The notes beneath the pieces were generated by a model that was not told where the DNA came from, ran no database searches, and worked only from the letters and a program-made list of their open reading frames with translations. From Auanema rhodensis (taxonomy: Eukaryota > Animalia > Nematoda), in contig OZ059899.1 of the NCBI GenBank assembly GCA_964057225.1, positions 7,936,001 through 8,000,000 of the forward strand: a DNA stretch of 64,000 bases. The letters are read 5' to 3'. Position 1 is the stretch's first letter. Each line of letters starts with the position of its first letter. Shown piece after piece: positions 1-18,386 of this stretch. The translations under genes and the position numbers were made by a program.

Positions 1-1062
1 GAAATACATACTATGATAAGATGAAAACAAATGATAATAGTAAAACATTCATATTTCAAATTCAAATTAAAATAAATGACGTCACAACATGTGAAGTCTA
101 ATATTGCTTTAGAATTGTCCAAAGAAGAAATTCGTTTTCATTTCGGCTTCAGGGCTACTATCCGCACGGTTCAACTCTTATTTACTTTAGTCCTCATCAG
201 ATTATATTAATCTATCTCTTTATGTATCTATTTTCATCCCACACCCAAGTTAATTAATGATCAAAACAACTTGAGAAAATTTGATTTAAAAAAGAAAAAA
301 TACTTCAGTTAATTAAAAGAAAAAAAGAATAATATGATATTATCATTAATGATATTTCTACACAATTTTTCGATAGCATATACAATTAAAATAATTTTTT
401 TTTATTGAGAGCAATTGACAAGAAAAAACTCATATATACGTAAAATATCTGTTCAGTAACGAACGGAGAAAAATCAGGAAGAAATTGTCTGATTGAAAAT
501 AAGTATCATCAGATGCACTTCATTGACTCTTCATCTATTCCACTTAAAACTGAATAAATATGTAAACGACGACCAAATAAGGGTATAAGTGTAAAGAAAG
601 AGGGATGATGATGAAAGAAAAGATGGAAAGGTAAGAAGAGAAGCAAACGAAATTGTCTACACATGATGTGCAGAAGAAGAGTAAGAAGAAGAGGTGGGTA
701 ATCATTTTCTCACTTCATCTTTCATTCTCTCGTTCCTCGCAATCAGATTAATCCCATACTTCTCATTCAATTCATCAACATCCACTGTCTGCTTCATTTC
801 CTTTCTCAACTGTCTATTCAGATTCCGATACTTGTGTTCTGAAGAGTCATGACTCTTTCCGATCGCTTTACTGTCCTTTTCCGTTACGTGATTCAAACTG
901 TCTCTTAAACTTTAAGAAATATATTGTTATTAATGTTTTGACTTTACATTATGATACATAATATTTTTTTATAATTAAAATGGTTTACTTTCAGTCATCT
1001 TGTATTTCAAATATTGAATTTTAAAGCTACATATTAAACAAAACATTAGGAATAACATAATA

Positions 1063-2867
1063 ATGAAATTATTAGTGTTTATTAGTTTTATATCAATTGC
1101 ACATAGCAGATTTTTTGATGCTTGTCCCGGACGAAGAATTTCGATTGGAGGTATGTTGGTAAACAATTCATTATATTTTGTAATTACTTGTAGCTTGCCT
1201 TGCTGGACTATGTCCTGCTGGTTCAGAATGTGTTAACGGATATTGCTGTTAGTTGTTATTGGATTTACAAAGTTTTTAACGTTTTCTTAAACTACAGGTA
1301 AACTAAAAGTTTTGCCTGAAGTGACGACAGAGCTACCGGAATCTTCCAATGAAGTAGAGAAATATGAAAAGTATTTTTGAACTTTCTTACACCATCTATT
1401 TTCTTTTCCTTTAAGATGTAAAAATGGCAAGCACGCTATAGGAGAATGTATTTCAGATAATTGCCCAAGTGGCTACAAATGCGAAAATGGTTTATGTTGC
1501 AGTTAGTTTTTATTATTTTTAACATCAATACATATTAATTTAAGGAGTAGGGTTACCTCCAGTTCGTGTAACGATGATTCCTGTAGAACTCACAACAAAG
1601 AAATCTATTGGTTTTGAAAACTTATGATTGTATAGAGTTTGCTTTTGTTTTAGAATCTACAGTATCGTCAAGTACAGTGGCAAAAAAAGTTCAGCCAAAG
1701 ATAAGAGTAATACCGGAAGCTGAAGAAGAGGAAGAAGTGAACGAAAACGAAAAGATGATTAAAAAAAAGGAAAAGAAAAAAGTTCAAAAAAAGAAAGAAG
1801 AAGACATATCTCAAGAAGAATTGACTGAAATAGAAAAAATAAAATTGAAATTTAAAAAAGAAAAAGAAATTGAAGAGGTGAAGCTAAACTAGTTATTCAA
1901 ATAATTGTTTTATTATTTTTTGCAGACTTCAACGAATGAAGAAGATTATGGAAATGAACTTATAATCGAAGATCGAGAAGAAATTGATGATATAGTCACA
2001 CTTAAGAGTACAACTATGAGTTCTTCGTCCACTACAACATCTCCTTCAACTACGACAAGCTTTGAAACAACTACTAGAAGAAAGAAGGTTGGTCAACCAC
2101 ACGCTCCGACACATATATATTTGCATTTTCTATATTTAAGCCTAAAAGACCAAGAGTAACAACAACAAGTACAACTACAACAACTTCCCAGCCTTTTACT
2201 GAAGAGGGAGATAATTTGGAGGAAGAAGAAGAGGAAGAAGAAGACATTGACGTAGATAATGAGACAACTTCTGTAAAAGCTACGTCAGCTATTATTACGA
2301 CGACCACAATAAAAACCACAAAATCTCGCCCAGATGACGAAAACATTGCAATAACTGGCTGCCCTGTTGGAGACTCTATTGGAGGTAATATTCATCGTAA
2401 TATTTACAATCTAATTCATGAGTTTAGAATGCATTAGTAATCAATGTCCGGAGGGCCACGGATGTTTTCAAAACAAATGTTGCATTTTAACGCCACAAAT
2501 CAACTGTACAGATGCTCTTGAAGGATGCATGTCTCATCTTTGTGGCCGAAGAGGCTATAAGGTATTTTAACTATTTATATTTTGAGTCTGGACTATTTAT
2601 TTACTAGGAATTTATGACCAAAAATTGTGCACGCACATGTGCCCGTTGCCATTTAACAGATCTGGTGAGACTTTTCGATTTTTTCCACATCTAGAACATA
2701 ATGTTCAATATTGCATGTGTATATTTAAGGATACTTCCGAAATACGAGAATGTAGAGATCGTCGCAGTGATTGTTCTGAATGGGCACAAGAAGGTTTTTG
2801 TGAAAGTACTCTCTATACCACAAGGCAAAAATTGAAAATGTGTGGAAAAAGTTGTAAATTATGCTAA
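1063..2867 (+). CDS. Secreted multi-domain cysteine-rich protein: signal peptide, 3 nematode CC-type Cys modules, charged and Thr-rich mucin-like linker, 2 C-terminal ShKT domains (11 exons)
   Basis: ATG 1063 gives [15 protein letters not shown] (signal peptide). Ten GT-AG introns splice in frame to [56 protein letters not shown] and [27 protein letters not shown] (CC-like). They are followed by [22 protein letters not shown] and [26 protein letters not shown] (ShKT pattern). TAA ends 2867; AATAAA at 2910. Confidence 0.88.
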
Positions 2868-3451
2868 CTTCCTAGAAGAAAATTACATTCTTTTTTCTAC
2901 ATAACTTTGAATAAAAGTAAGTTTTGTAAACTGAATAAAAATGGATAGCAAATCCAAGTTAATATATATTATGTATGTATATGAATAGCATAATGAATGC
3001 TTTATTTATTCGAAATAATATATGTTGAAAATATTTTTTATATATATTATAATATGATAAATATATATCTTTATGGATATTCTATTGTATTACAAAATGC
3101 ATAAATATACGATATATTCTCACACCAAATATGCTAAGCTGACATCAAAAATACAAAGAATTGAAATTTAAAATACAACCGCTCTATATCTGATTTTGGA
3201 AAAAAATGCTTTTCATCTTTGTCTGTGTCGTTCAAAAACTGAAATGACGTTTTCATCTTATCAGTTCTTATCAAATAGTAATTAATCTCAGTATAATATT
3301 TCAGAAATGTTTATAGAAATGTTATGAGCAACATTATGTCTTCAATAAAAAATTATATTATTATACAATCTATTATATTTGAAGTTTCATTGTCATAATA
3401 GGAATATAGTAAATAACATTAATCAAATGATAAAATAAACGAATACGATTA

Positions 3452-4443
3452 TCAAATTGATGAGCAACAATTCAGATATATGCTCTCCGGTTGAAATTTT
3501 TTCTGTCGTTTCCAATATACGAAACAATATTGGCACTCTAAAGAAGCACCCAATAGTTTATATGGTAATACAGGAAACTGTAAATTAGTATATTTGCATT
3601 CAAATTCAAATAAATGAATATTTTTTTGTTTTTATTTTTGATAATAATACAAATTATTATTATAAGTTTAATAATCAAAATAATGATTTAGAGTATACCT
3701 CTATGGTCTCGTTATTAGATTGCCATTTGGTCGTTTTTATGTCTGAAATTTTAATTTAGATATTCCTATTGATTTTCAATAAATCTTTTTTTAAAACATT
3801 GTTTTCGAATTAGTTAACATAATTTATCGATTTGCATACCTTTAATATTTTCCAAAGGATGTTGGTATGAACCTGTTTCAGCATTCCATGTATATCGATT
3901 AACTACAAAAATAGGCTCTTTCAATTGAAGAATTGAATTATTTCTTGGTCCATATGGATATCCTCCTCCAATTCTTTTGATTTTACGTATTTGGAGTATT
4001 TTCACTTCAAACTTCGGCATTACATTGCTTTCATAGACGAGAATTTTATGAATATTCTGCTGTAGACGATGGGAAGATATCGGGGCATTAGTGAAATTTG
4101 AAGTATAAGCTTAATTATGTATGTTTAAATTATTACATCATTGTTAATTAATTAGTTGATTTACCTTTTTTATCTTTCACTATTTTCATTCTTTCATGGA
4201 TCAAAGGTGAAGATGTACTATTGAGTCGGATTCCGAAAACATTTGGTTGTGCTTTTGCTTTTAATCTTTGCAATTGCCGAAAATCTACAAAAAGAAGTGC
4301 ATTTTTAATTACATCTATTATTATTATTTTTATTATTATTATATATGTATATATCAAGCTTTACCTTGTTCGAGTGATGAAAAAGATATGGCTGAACAGA
4401 GCAAAATACCAGTAATAGAGAGAATTATACTTAAAAGAAGCAT
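3452..4443 (-). CDS. Hypothetical secreted protein of roughly 220 aa, no recognised domain (5 exons)
   Basis: ATG at 4443 gives MLLLSIILSITGILLCSAISFSSLEQ (signal-like). Four phase-consistent GT-AG introns join DFRQLQRLKAK.., ..GGGYPYGPRNNSILQLKEPIFVVNRYTWNAETGSYQ.., YIKTTKWQSNNETIE and FPVLPYKLLGASLECQYCFVYW..YLNCCSSI* (TGA 3452-3454). An upstream exon near 4555-4655 is possible. Confidence 0.72.
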
Positions 4444-7400
4444 AGTTGCATCATGCAATATGAAAACAAGCAGTGAAAGTAAAGCTTATCTATCTCAAAT
4501 TTTGTTCAATTCAAGAGGAAATTGTAAAAACGGACAAGAAATGCACCAACCAAATTAAGAGTAGTGACACGAAGTTGATCCAGACGACTGTCAAACGATG
4601 TCGGTCACTTGTAAGACAACCGGTAAATGCGTTGTCCATACGACATGATAATTACCTGAATATAGTAATTATGTTGAAGAAGTAGTGAATTCTCAAATAA
4701 CAAACTAAACTTAGAAATATCTTAAGGAAAAACTTGGAAAAGGAAATAGTAGTTTTGGTCAGATTTATTAAATTCAAAGAAATTAAAAAATTGTTTTCGT
4801 ATAGCCGTTCATTTTACAAACTTCTTTAAAAGTGATGAAAAATTATCACGTAATAATCAAATTTCATTTCAGAATCTTATATTTTAAATACAACTATTCA
4901 ACCTTTTGAATTTTCTCATCCGCTACCCAACATGAGCAAGTCTTGTCTATGGGCTTGTTAACAAAAATCATACTATTGCTAAATTATTGGCAAATCTGAT
5001 TTACGTCATCATGGGCGTGTGGGGACAGACGGCGTTTTCCGCGTCTTCGTCTCCTTTGCCATCTACAAACTGCTTTCTATGTGTGAAAGTGGCACAGAAG
5101 AAGTCTAACAAATAGATAGAGAGACGGGCATCCGACGATGTAGTTGCAGCCAACCCCCCTCGTGCATTGTCCTTATTTAGCTAAATGCAAAACAACTAGG
5201 CACCAAACCAAGAATAGCTACCAGCGCTAGCTATTTTCCTTTTTTAGTCATTCTTCTTTGGATCTCTCGTTTCCTTGCTATCTATCTTTATACTTTGTAT
5301 TCTCTAACAACAATTTTTTTTCAATCCTCTCAGATTCTCTCTTCATTTTTCTCTCCATCTCTCACTATATCCAATTATCTCTGTTTCACACAAATCTCTA
5401 TATTTTACTCTTTATTATGCTTCTCGTAAGCATTACTACTCACGTGATTAGCTCACGTGAAAAGTATAGTTTAAAATTCAGAATGATTACTCAGTTATTA
5501 TCTAGTTACTTCATTTCATATTCACTGTTTTACAATCTATTCATGTAGCTGTTCAATATAGAACTGTTGTCATTTATTCTTGTATTCTTCTATATGTATT
5601 CGTCTGCTACAATCATTACTATTATTATTTTGATATCGGGTGTATCGAGTAGCATAGTATCAATTTAATTTATTAATCCTATGTATTTTAGAGCAATTTT
5701 TTCTAGCACCGCACCTTTCTCATTTGAAAAACTCTCAAACATAGATGTTATGATTATGTTATTATTAATCTCATCATTTTACTTGTAGTTGTGTGCTCCT
5801 TTTATTAATTTATGTAATCATTACTCAGCCTAATGTTGCCTCCAATATGTTGTACTATGAGCCATCATTCTATTTCTATTCTTCGCCCTTCTCTCTTCTA
5901 GTTAAGGGTCTTGGCTGTTAGCCAGAACGGGTATACCCTCGTCAGCTGTTCGGGCCGTTATTTAGTGGTCTCGTGGACATCGGGAGGAAGCGAGGATACG
6001 GGGCTGACTAAGCACGGCCTTCGTTGTCCACCAGATTGGCCAGTGCTGAGTTCGTGACCCGGCTGGCTTTCTCTCATTTCTCTTTATCTTTGGCTTCTCT
6101 TCGAATTATCATTTTCTCATTCTCAACGAATCTATTCCTTCTCTCCTTTTCCTCACTACTCTTGCAATTTTATGCCAGGCGTCCCTTTCGTGTAGGCCTT
6201 CTGTCTTTTATACTACTCGTATCCAACCTCTGCTTAAAGCGCACTCTCTCGTCCTTGAGATCTCATTGTTTCCCACTGTCCTCATCATCTTCCTCTCTCT
6301 CTCCCCGAAAGGTCACTAAAGGCTACACACAACCAGCCATCACCAACCAGTCCCTCCCTTTGCTGCCCCAAGCCCAGCAACGAACGGCGGCACAGAAATC
6401 GATTTTCCTCCATCGATTCTTGGCCATTGCCAAGAACCAACCACAAGCTGTCCGTTGTCCATTCGGTCTCGCGACTCCATCACTCTGCTGCTTGCCAACC
6501 TTTGCGTCTGTAACTATTCCCGTTTGTTTATTTCACTCATTTCCTCTGCTATTCTTCTGCTATATCCCGTGCCGCGCTGTGAATGACTCTTTTTCCCTCA
6601 GGGTTTCCGTTTTTCCTACGTCTTCAGACTTCGAAATCAAACGATCACTATGAAGTGACCAACTACGTATGCGGGATCGTACGCGACATCGCACGCGCTC
6701 AACATACGCCAGTTCTATTCTCCTCTTCCCTACTACTACTCAGTTCATTCAACAAGACCAACAACTGAAAAATGGGTCCTAGAGAGAAATGAGAGAAATA
6801 GAAATAGAACGCTCGTAATGTATTACTCAAATAGAGCGCGCAGACGAACAGTATGCAATGTTGTGTCCAGCTGCTGTCGACGACGTCAACCACGACAGAA
6901 GGCGACCGCGGCTCAACCCCGACCCCAAACATCATCCTCCTCATTTTATATTTTTCGCTGTACTACAACCTTTTTTGTATTCCACCCCCTCCCCGATCCA
7001 AAAAGGCAAAAATAAGCTTAAGCTGAAATGAACTTATGAAAGAAGGATGCATTTATTTCACATTGTATTGAAAAAGAAAAAAATATAGAACTGATAACAA
7101 TCAAAATAATTAAGTAAATTTCTAGAGTAGAAATATAATGCTGATAACAAATAGAATAGGATACTTTCATCTTAACAAAAACATATCATTTGAATATCTT
7201 ATTCTTTATTATTTTTTTAAATCATTGCGAACGGTTGGTCTCTCTTTTTCCCTTTTACGTATTAGCTTTCCCTCTTATCGTTAGAATTTACTGCTCTTTC
7301 TCTCTCTCACGTTCGTTTTTTCTACTCATTTCCCTCTCTCTTTCTTTCTCTTTATTCTCTTCCTTTCTCTCTCTCTCTCTCTCTCCCTCTTTGTCCGCTA

Positions 7401-8141
7401 AATAGCAGTTTGAACGCTGCCTCACTATCGACCGCATATCGATTTTCGTGAAAGTTATCCGCTCAACTGCCAAATACTGCGCCCGGTCCTCCCGCCTTAT
7501 TTGTACCTGCTTTGTTTTTCATCTGATTACCTTATTTCAGGTTATTCGGACACAGAAAGTTGATTTATGTACTTCCCAATTTCTTTTTTGCTCAAAAAAC
7601 GTCATCATTATTTCTTTTCATCTCGAGCATTTCATATTACACCACTCGCGCTCACGCACAATATTTTACGTGTGCCGCAACTTCAAATATATGTTTTTTT
7701 TTTCAAGTTTTTTCAAGAAATACTTTAAAAATTTTTAATATATAATCTTAAAAATTTATTTCTCTATTATTTCAAATTTTCTTATTAAGTCTTCAATTTT
7801 TTTCAGGGAGATTGGGGTAATTTTTCTCCAGCTGAATTATATTCCCAGACCTCAAATATATATTGTTCTTGCTGTATTTAGGACTAACGTCGTTTTATAA
7901 AAGTTTTCTCCGGGGTTTGTTTCCTCATTTGTATTATATTCTTTTTTTAAAATTACAGTTTATTAATCAACACGTCTTCGGACGAATTTGTGGAGCTTGT
8001 GAAGAAATTAGGAAAACTTGCAACAATACCGCCGATACTTGATTGTCCGTTACCTTTTAACCTTTTCTGTTTTTTTGTTTGTAATTCTAAGGTAAGATTC
8101 TTATATATGTTTTCTGAATTAATGTTGCCTGATTAGGTCGT

Positions 8142-14346
<6,205 letters not shown>

Positions 14347-15124
14347 GATGGCCGAATTAACAGTTTTTTCTATTTTCGTTTTTAATTTTCTGACGGACCG
14401 GCTTTGCCATATTGGTAAACTACATCTTGACCTTTTTCGGTGAAAATCTCATTAATCACAGTACCTTGTATAGTATTGCCACATTTTAATTTTATTTACA
14501 TTTTTCTTGGATTGACCCTTTTCTTCATATGTATTTAAAGTTCAGTCCCGTGTATGTTTCATATTGTAATCTTTTGTGGTTACTGAATTTTCGTCTTGTG
14601 TTTTCGCCGTGATGTCTTTGTGTTTTCGTTTATTTATTGTGAGTATGCTTATGAAACAGGAATAATATATATTAGCAGCTCATGTGTTTATCAGTGATTG
14701 TCTATTTTATGTAGTTTGCATGTTAATCCATCTAATCTTAACTGATCTTCATATTTGTTACCTTTAATAAATGTGTTGTTCTTTTCTTATTTTATTTTTG
14801 ATTTATTCTCTTAAAAGTGAATATATTAAGATGAATTTTAAATAGAAGAACTATTTTTTTAAACTGAGGGGGTTTAATATTTATAATGGTTGTGCTACTG
14901 AAAATATTAATTTAAGCTTTATTTCCGAAATTATCTGATATTAGTTTCATATAACGAGTTAGTATAAAAAGCAAAAATATTTAAAATTAAAATATATAAG
15001 AAAATATAATTATCAAACTGTTAAAATGAAAATACATGTATGGTGTTGTAAAGGCTTTTTTGTGTTGTCTCTCCGCACTCCACTTTCACTGTGCTCTCTC
15101 ATGTAATGCTAAGAGCGAGGACGC

Positions 15125-15130
15125 GTATAA
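15125..15130 (+). promoter_or_regulatory. TATA-like element about 30 nt upstream of the SRP RNA start (external Pol III promoter element)
   Basis: GTATAA at about -30 relative to 15156, the position expected for TATA-containing nematode Pol III ncRNA promoters. Confidence 0.55.
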
Positions 15131-15155
15131 CAACCAAAACGTAGGAAGGTCTACC

Positions 15156-15457
15156 ACTGGGCGTCGTGGCGGGCGCCTGTGAGCCAGCTTCTAGGCAGTA
15201 GATGATTGTGGATGAAGTGAGGTCAGGAGTTCTGGTTCAGCTGTATGCTACGGCGACCGGGCGTCCGAGCCAAGCGATGCGTCACTAGGGACTCACTCTC
15301 GAAGGAGAGAGATTGCCCCGGGTGGACAAGGAGAGGAGTAAGGCCGAGGCCCGAAAGGGAGCAAGCAAAATCCTCCGCGCGTTGCAGTGGCCGGATAGCG
15401 CCCGTGAGTTCCATCTCTGAGCTAGCCTGTCTAATACCTTCGGACCAATCGTCGCTT
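15156..15457 (+). ncRNA. srpr: Signal recognition particle RNA (7SL/SRP RNA), about 300 nt
   Basis: GC-rich 300-nt island. It starts ACTGGGCGTCGTGGCGGGCGCCTGTGAGCCAGCT (Alu domain, compare metazoan GCCGGGCGCGGTGGCGCGTGCCTGTAGTCCCAGCT), continues CAGGAGTTCTGG and CGGGCGTCCG..CCAAG, and has the helix-8 AGG-CCC-GAAA-GGG-AGCA motif. Ends at a T5 run. Confidence 0.96.
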
Positions 15458-15460
15458 TTT
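15456..15460 (+). terminator. RNA polymerase III oligo-T terminator of the SRP RNA gene
   Basis: TTTTT directly after the 3' end of the SRP-homologous sequence. Confidence 0.8.
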
Positions 15461-17173
15461 GGACTTTCCACATGAAACAAACATTTTTATTTAAGTTTTT
15501 TCAAATAATAATCAAATACAAAGAAAGTTATACTCGAAAAAATCTTTGTTGTGTTATGAAGAACCAGTTATCCATATCTATAAGACCGAATTCCTGTTTC
15601 AGCTATGTTTTGCTGATGATGAAGATGCCTCGGTACCTTGAAAGGACTTTCGTCATAATGAAATGCAACTGTCGTTTAAAACACAAGGCTATTGCTTTTC
15701 AAACTTAAATCATGTGTCGTGATAGATGATATTTAAATCTGATTTTTATTCCATATGTTAGTTTTTTAATTTTACAATGTTTTAACAAAGAATTCATAAT
15801 GTTATATAGACTATTTCTTTCGTATATTCATTATCCATTCTAACATTCCAATAAAACTTTTTTCAACACTTGTACATGTTTTTGAGTGGAAAAGATCATT
15901 TTCTGTTCACAGTGTCCTGTTGTACAGAACTAGTATCAGACATCACTCTTCCAATTTCAATAACTGAAGATCTAGTTAAGTATACTTCTTTTGTTTATAA
16001 ACACCTGCTATCTAATATTCACAGATTTTTTTTGTAACCAGAGGACATATTCTTCATAATTGTCTTGTTGCCAATAGCATAGTTTACCGATACGACTCAC
16101 ATACTACATCTTACAAACATTTTTTATTTTATACATGTATACAAACATATATATATATATATCGTATAATATTTAATATAATCTATTGTTATTCCATTAT
16201 ACATTTTTTGTTTGTTCTGCTTATCTTTAAGATCAGCTCGATGTTTTAAGTTTCCTATAAAAACTCAAAAAGAAACGATTTTGCCAATGGTTTAGCTAAT
16301 GTCCTCAACGGCAAAATTGTCAAGCAGGTTTTTCTGTCCCGCTCAACAGTTTCTTGGCAAATTTAAAGTCTTGATGTATTGATTCCTACTCATCTTACAT
16401 ATTTTTCTTTATTTATAGTTACTCTTATTGTTTACTAATGATTATTTTTTTACTTTATATATTCATTATTTCTTTTATTTTATGACCTTTATTATCAGAA
16501 TAAGGTCGATTTGATCTGCTTATATACTTGACAATCTTCTCAATATACTTAGTATAAGCTTGAATTAATCTTTTAAATAGACTCTTTATTCGAACCATTG
16601 TTGTTATCAACTTTGTTTTCCTTTTTCATTATTATCAATTTCATAGATTCGGGTCGAAAACATTCTACGAGTCTTCGAACTCTTATTATATTTTACCTCT
16701 CTCTTTGTTCTTCATATTCTTCTATTATCTTTTGGTTATTTTATTCTCTCTCAAGTTCTTGATCAGAAGATTTTTTCAACCTCCATGTTCTCGATGAGCT
16801 AAACTATTGATTATTTTACTCGTCGCCTTTATTCCACTATCTTCCGTCATCCCATCATCTTTCTCATGCTATTTTATGTTTTATGTGCTTGGAATACAAT
16901 AACAACCTATCCTTAACTATCTCACCCTTCTTCACTTCAATTATAAATATTTCTGTTATATTCCTATCTACTTATATATTTATATAATTTATATTTATCC
17001 AGCTTCCAATTATTATTTTTCATTCGATTTATATTTTGTTTTTTCGTTTATTCATTGTCCACACAATCTTCTTGTTGATCAACATTTTCTGTGATTATTT
17101 AACACCTGTTCATTAATTTTACTTACTTTATATTATAATAATAGTTATATTATTTTATTTCAACAGAATAGGA

Positions 17174-18386
17174 ATGGATGATTTACCTGATGAACTCTTC
17201 TATCAAATATTTAAACAATGTGATTTTCCTACTCTAATGAAACTCAGACAAGTATTTTTTTGTGTTTTATTTCAATTATTAAATTTATTTTTATTTATAG
17301 GTCAGTAGACGATTTTATAAAATTGTCAATTATATTTTATATTTTAAAAGAAATTTAGTCCTTGATTATTCTAAATATATAAATATAGAAAATCTCGAAG
17401 ATATCAGAGTAATAGAAATGGATAAACTTCTCCGATTCATCAATAATTATATGAACAATTTGCGTGATATAACATTTGGACTAATACCGATTCGAATAAC
17501 AATGTCAGGCTTAATTCAGGTAATTAAAAGTTAAAAAATAAAGATTTTTCTCTTCATTAGTTAGCAAGTGCTCATTCCAAGTTGGAAACTCTACAGTTTG
17601 ATCAACATAGTCAACTGCCGGTTATTGAAAAAGATTCGTTGTACGCATTACCATATTTTAAAAAATTAAAGAACTTAACATTGAGAGGATGGAATACGGT
17701 TGAACCTAAAGTTAGAAGAGGCAAGTCCTTTTTTTTAAATCAGAAGAATTTATATAATAGTTTTTAATATTACGGTTTTAAATTATTAGGCTGTGCTCAT
17801 CGAACTGATATGCTTCCATTCCGAGGACTAATTCCTCTTGAATCTTTGATAATTGATTGTAAGAAGGATACGGTAGTGAATGTTCTTCAAGAAATGCAAC
17901 GAAGTCTTATTTTGTTATCAAATTTAAAATTAGTTCAGGTAATTTGTATTTTTTAATAAATTATATAATTTTTCTTTAAAGCTTCACATATATTTGTCAA
18001 ATGTTGACTTACCAGGAGTTTTATCTTGGTTCTTACAATCGCATCCTGATCTCGAACAAGTTCATGTTTCCGGGGTTTTGTTTTCTTCTGAAGCTCAAGT
18101 TCAACGGTTTTACAGGTTTTTTTTGAAGAAATTATAGTAATATACAGTTAACATATATTCAGAAGTATTCTATCATTACCAAATCTTCAGAAAATATTTC
18201 TTAAAAATTGCAAAGCAATATCAGCATTAGACAACAAACTTGCAGACAGATATCTGTGAGTATCTAATGTATTGTACTTTAAATAAGTTTCCATGTTATT
18301 GTTACAGGAATGAAGCTTGTCGTCTTCAAATTGGAGCTGAAGGTATTGTGTCAAGTTTGCGATTCTTGCCGGAGGGAACTCCTTAA
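17174..18386 (+). CDS. F-box protein with a degenerate LRR-like C-terminal region (7 exons, one GC-AG intron)
   Basis: MDDLPDELFYQIFKQCDFPTLMKLRQ|VSRRFYKIV is a classic F-box (LPxE..IF....L....VS+RF). Downstream LxxLxL repeats include LETLQF, LKNLTLRG, LESLII, LEQVHV and LQKIFLKNC. The spliced frame ends FLPEGTP* (TAA 18384-18386). Confidence 0.87.

Noticed and set aside
702-896. 64-aa minus-strand ORF and the 16-bp palindrome AAGAGTCATGACTCTT
   Set aside because: No ATG start, no linked exons and no recognisable motif; it lies in the expected promoter of the CC/ShKT gene.
5927-5946. Hammerhead-like CTGACGA plus stem on the minus strand; RNase MRP-like ACGGGGCT and HDV-like TCCTCGC nearby
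   Set aside because: The stem is followed by GTTC rather than GAAA; no P4 partner for MRP; no P3/P2 pairing for an HDV fold.
6024-6653. 209-aa ORF
   Set aside because: Non-ATG start and Ser/Leu/Phe bias from pyrimidine-rich promoter DNA; no homology or exon structure.
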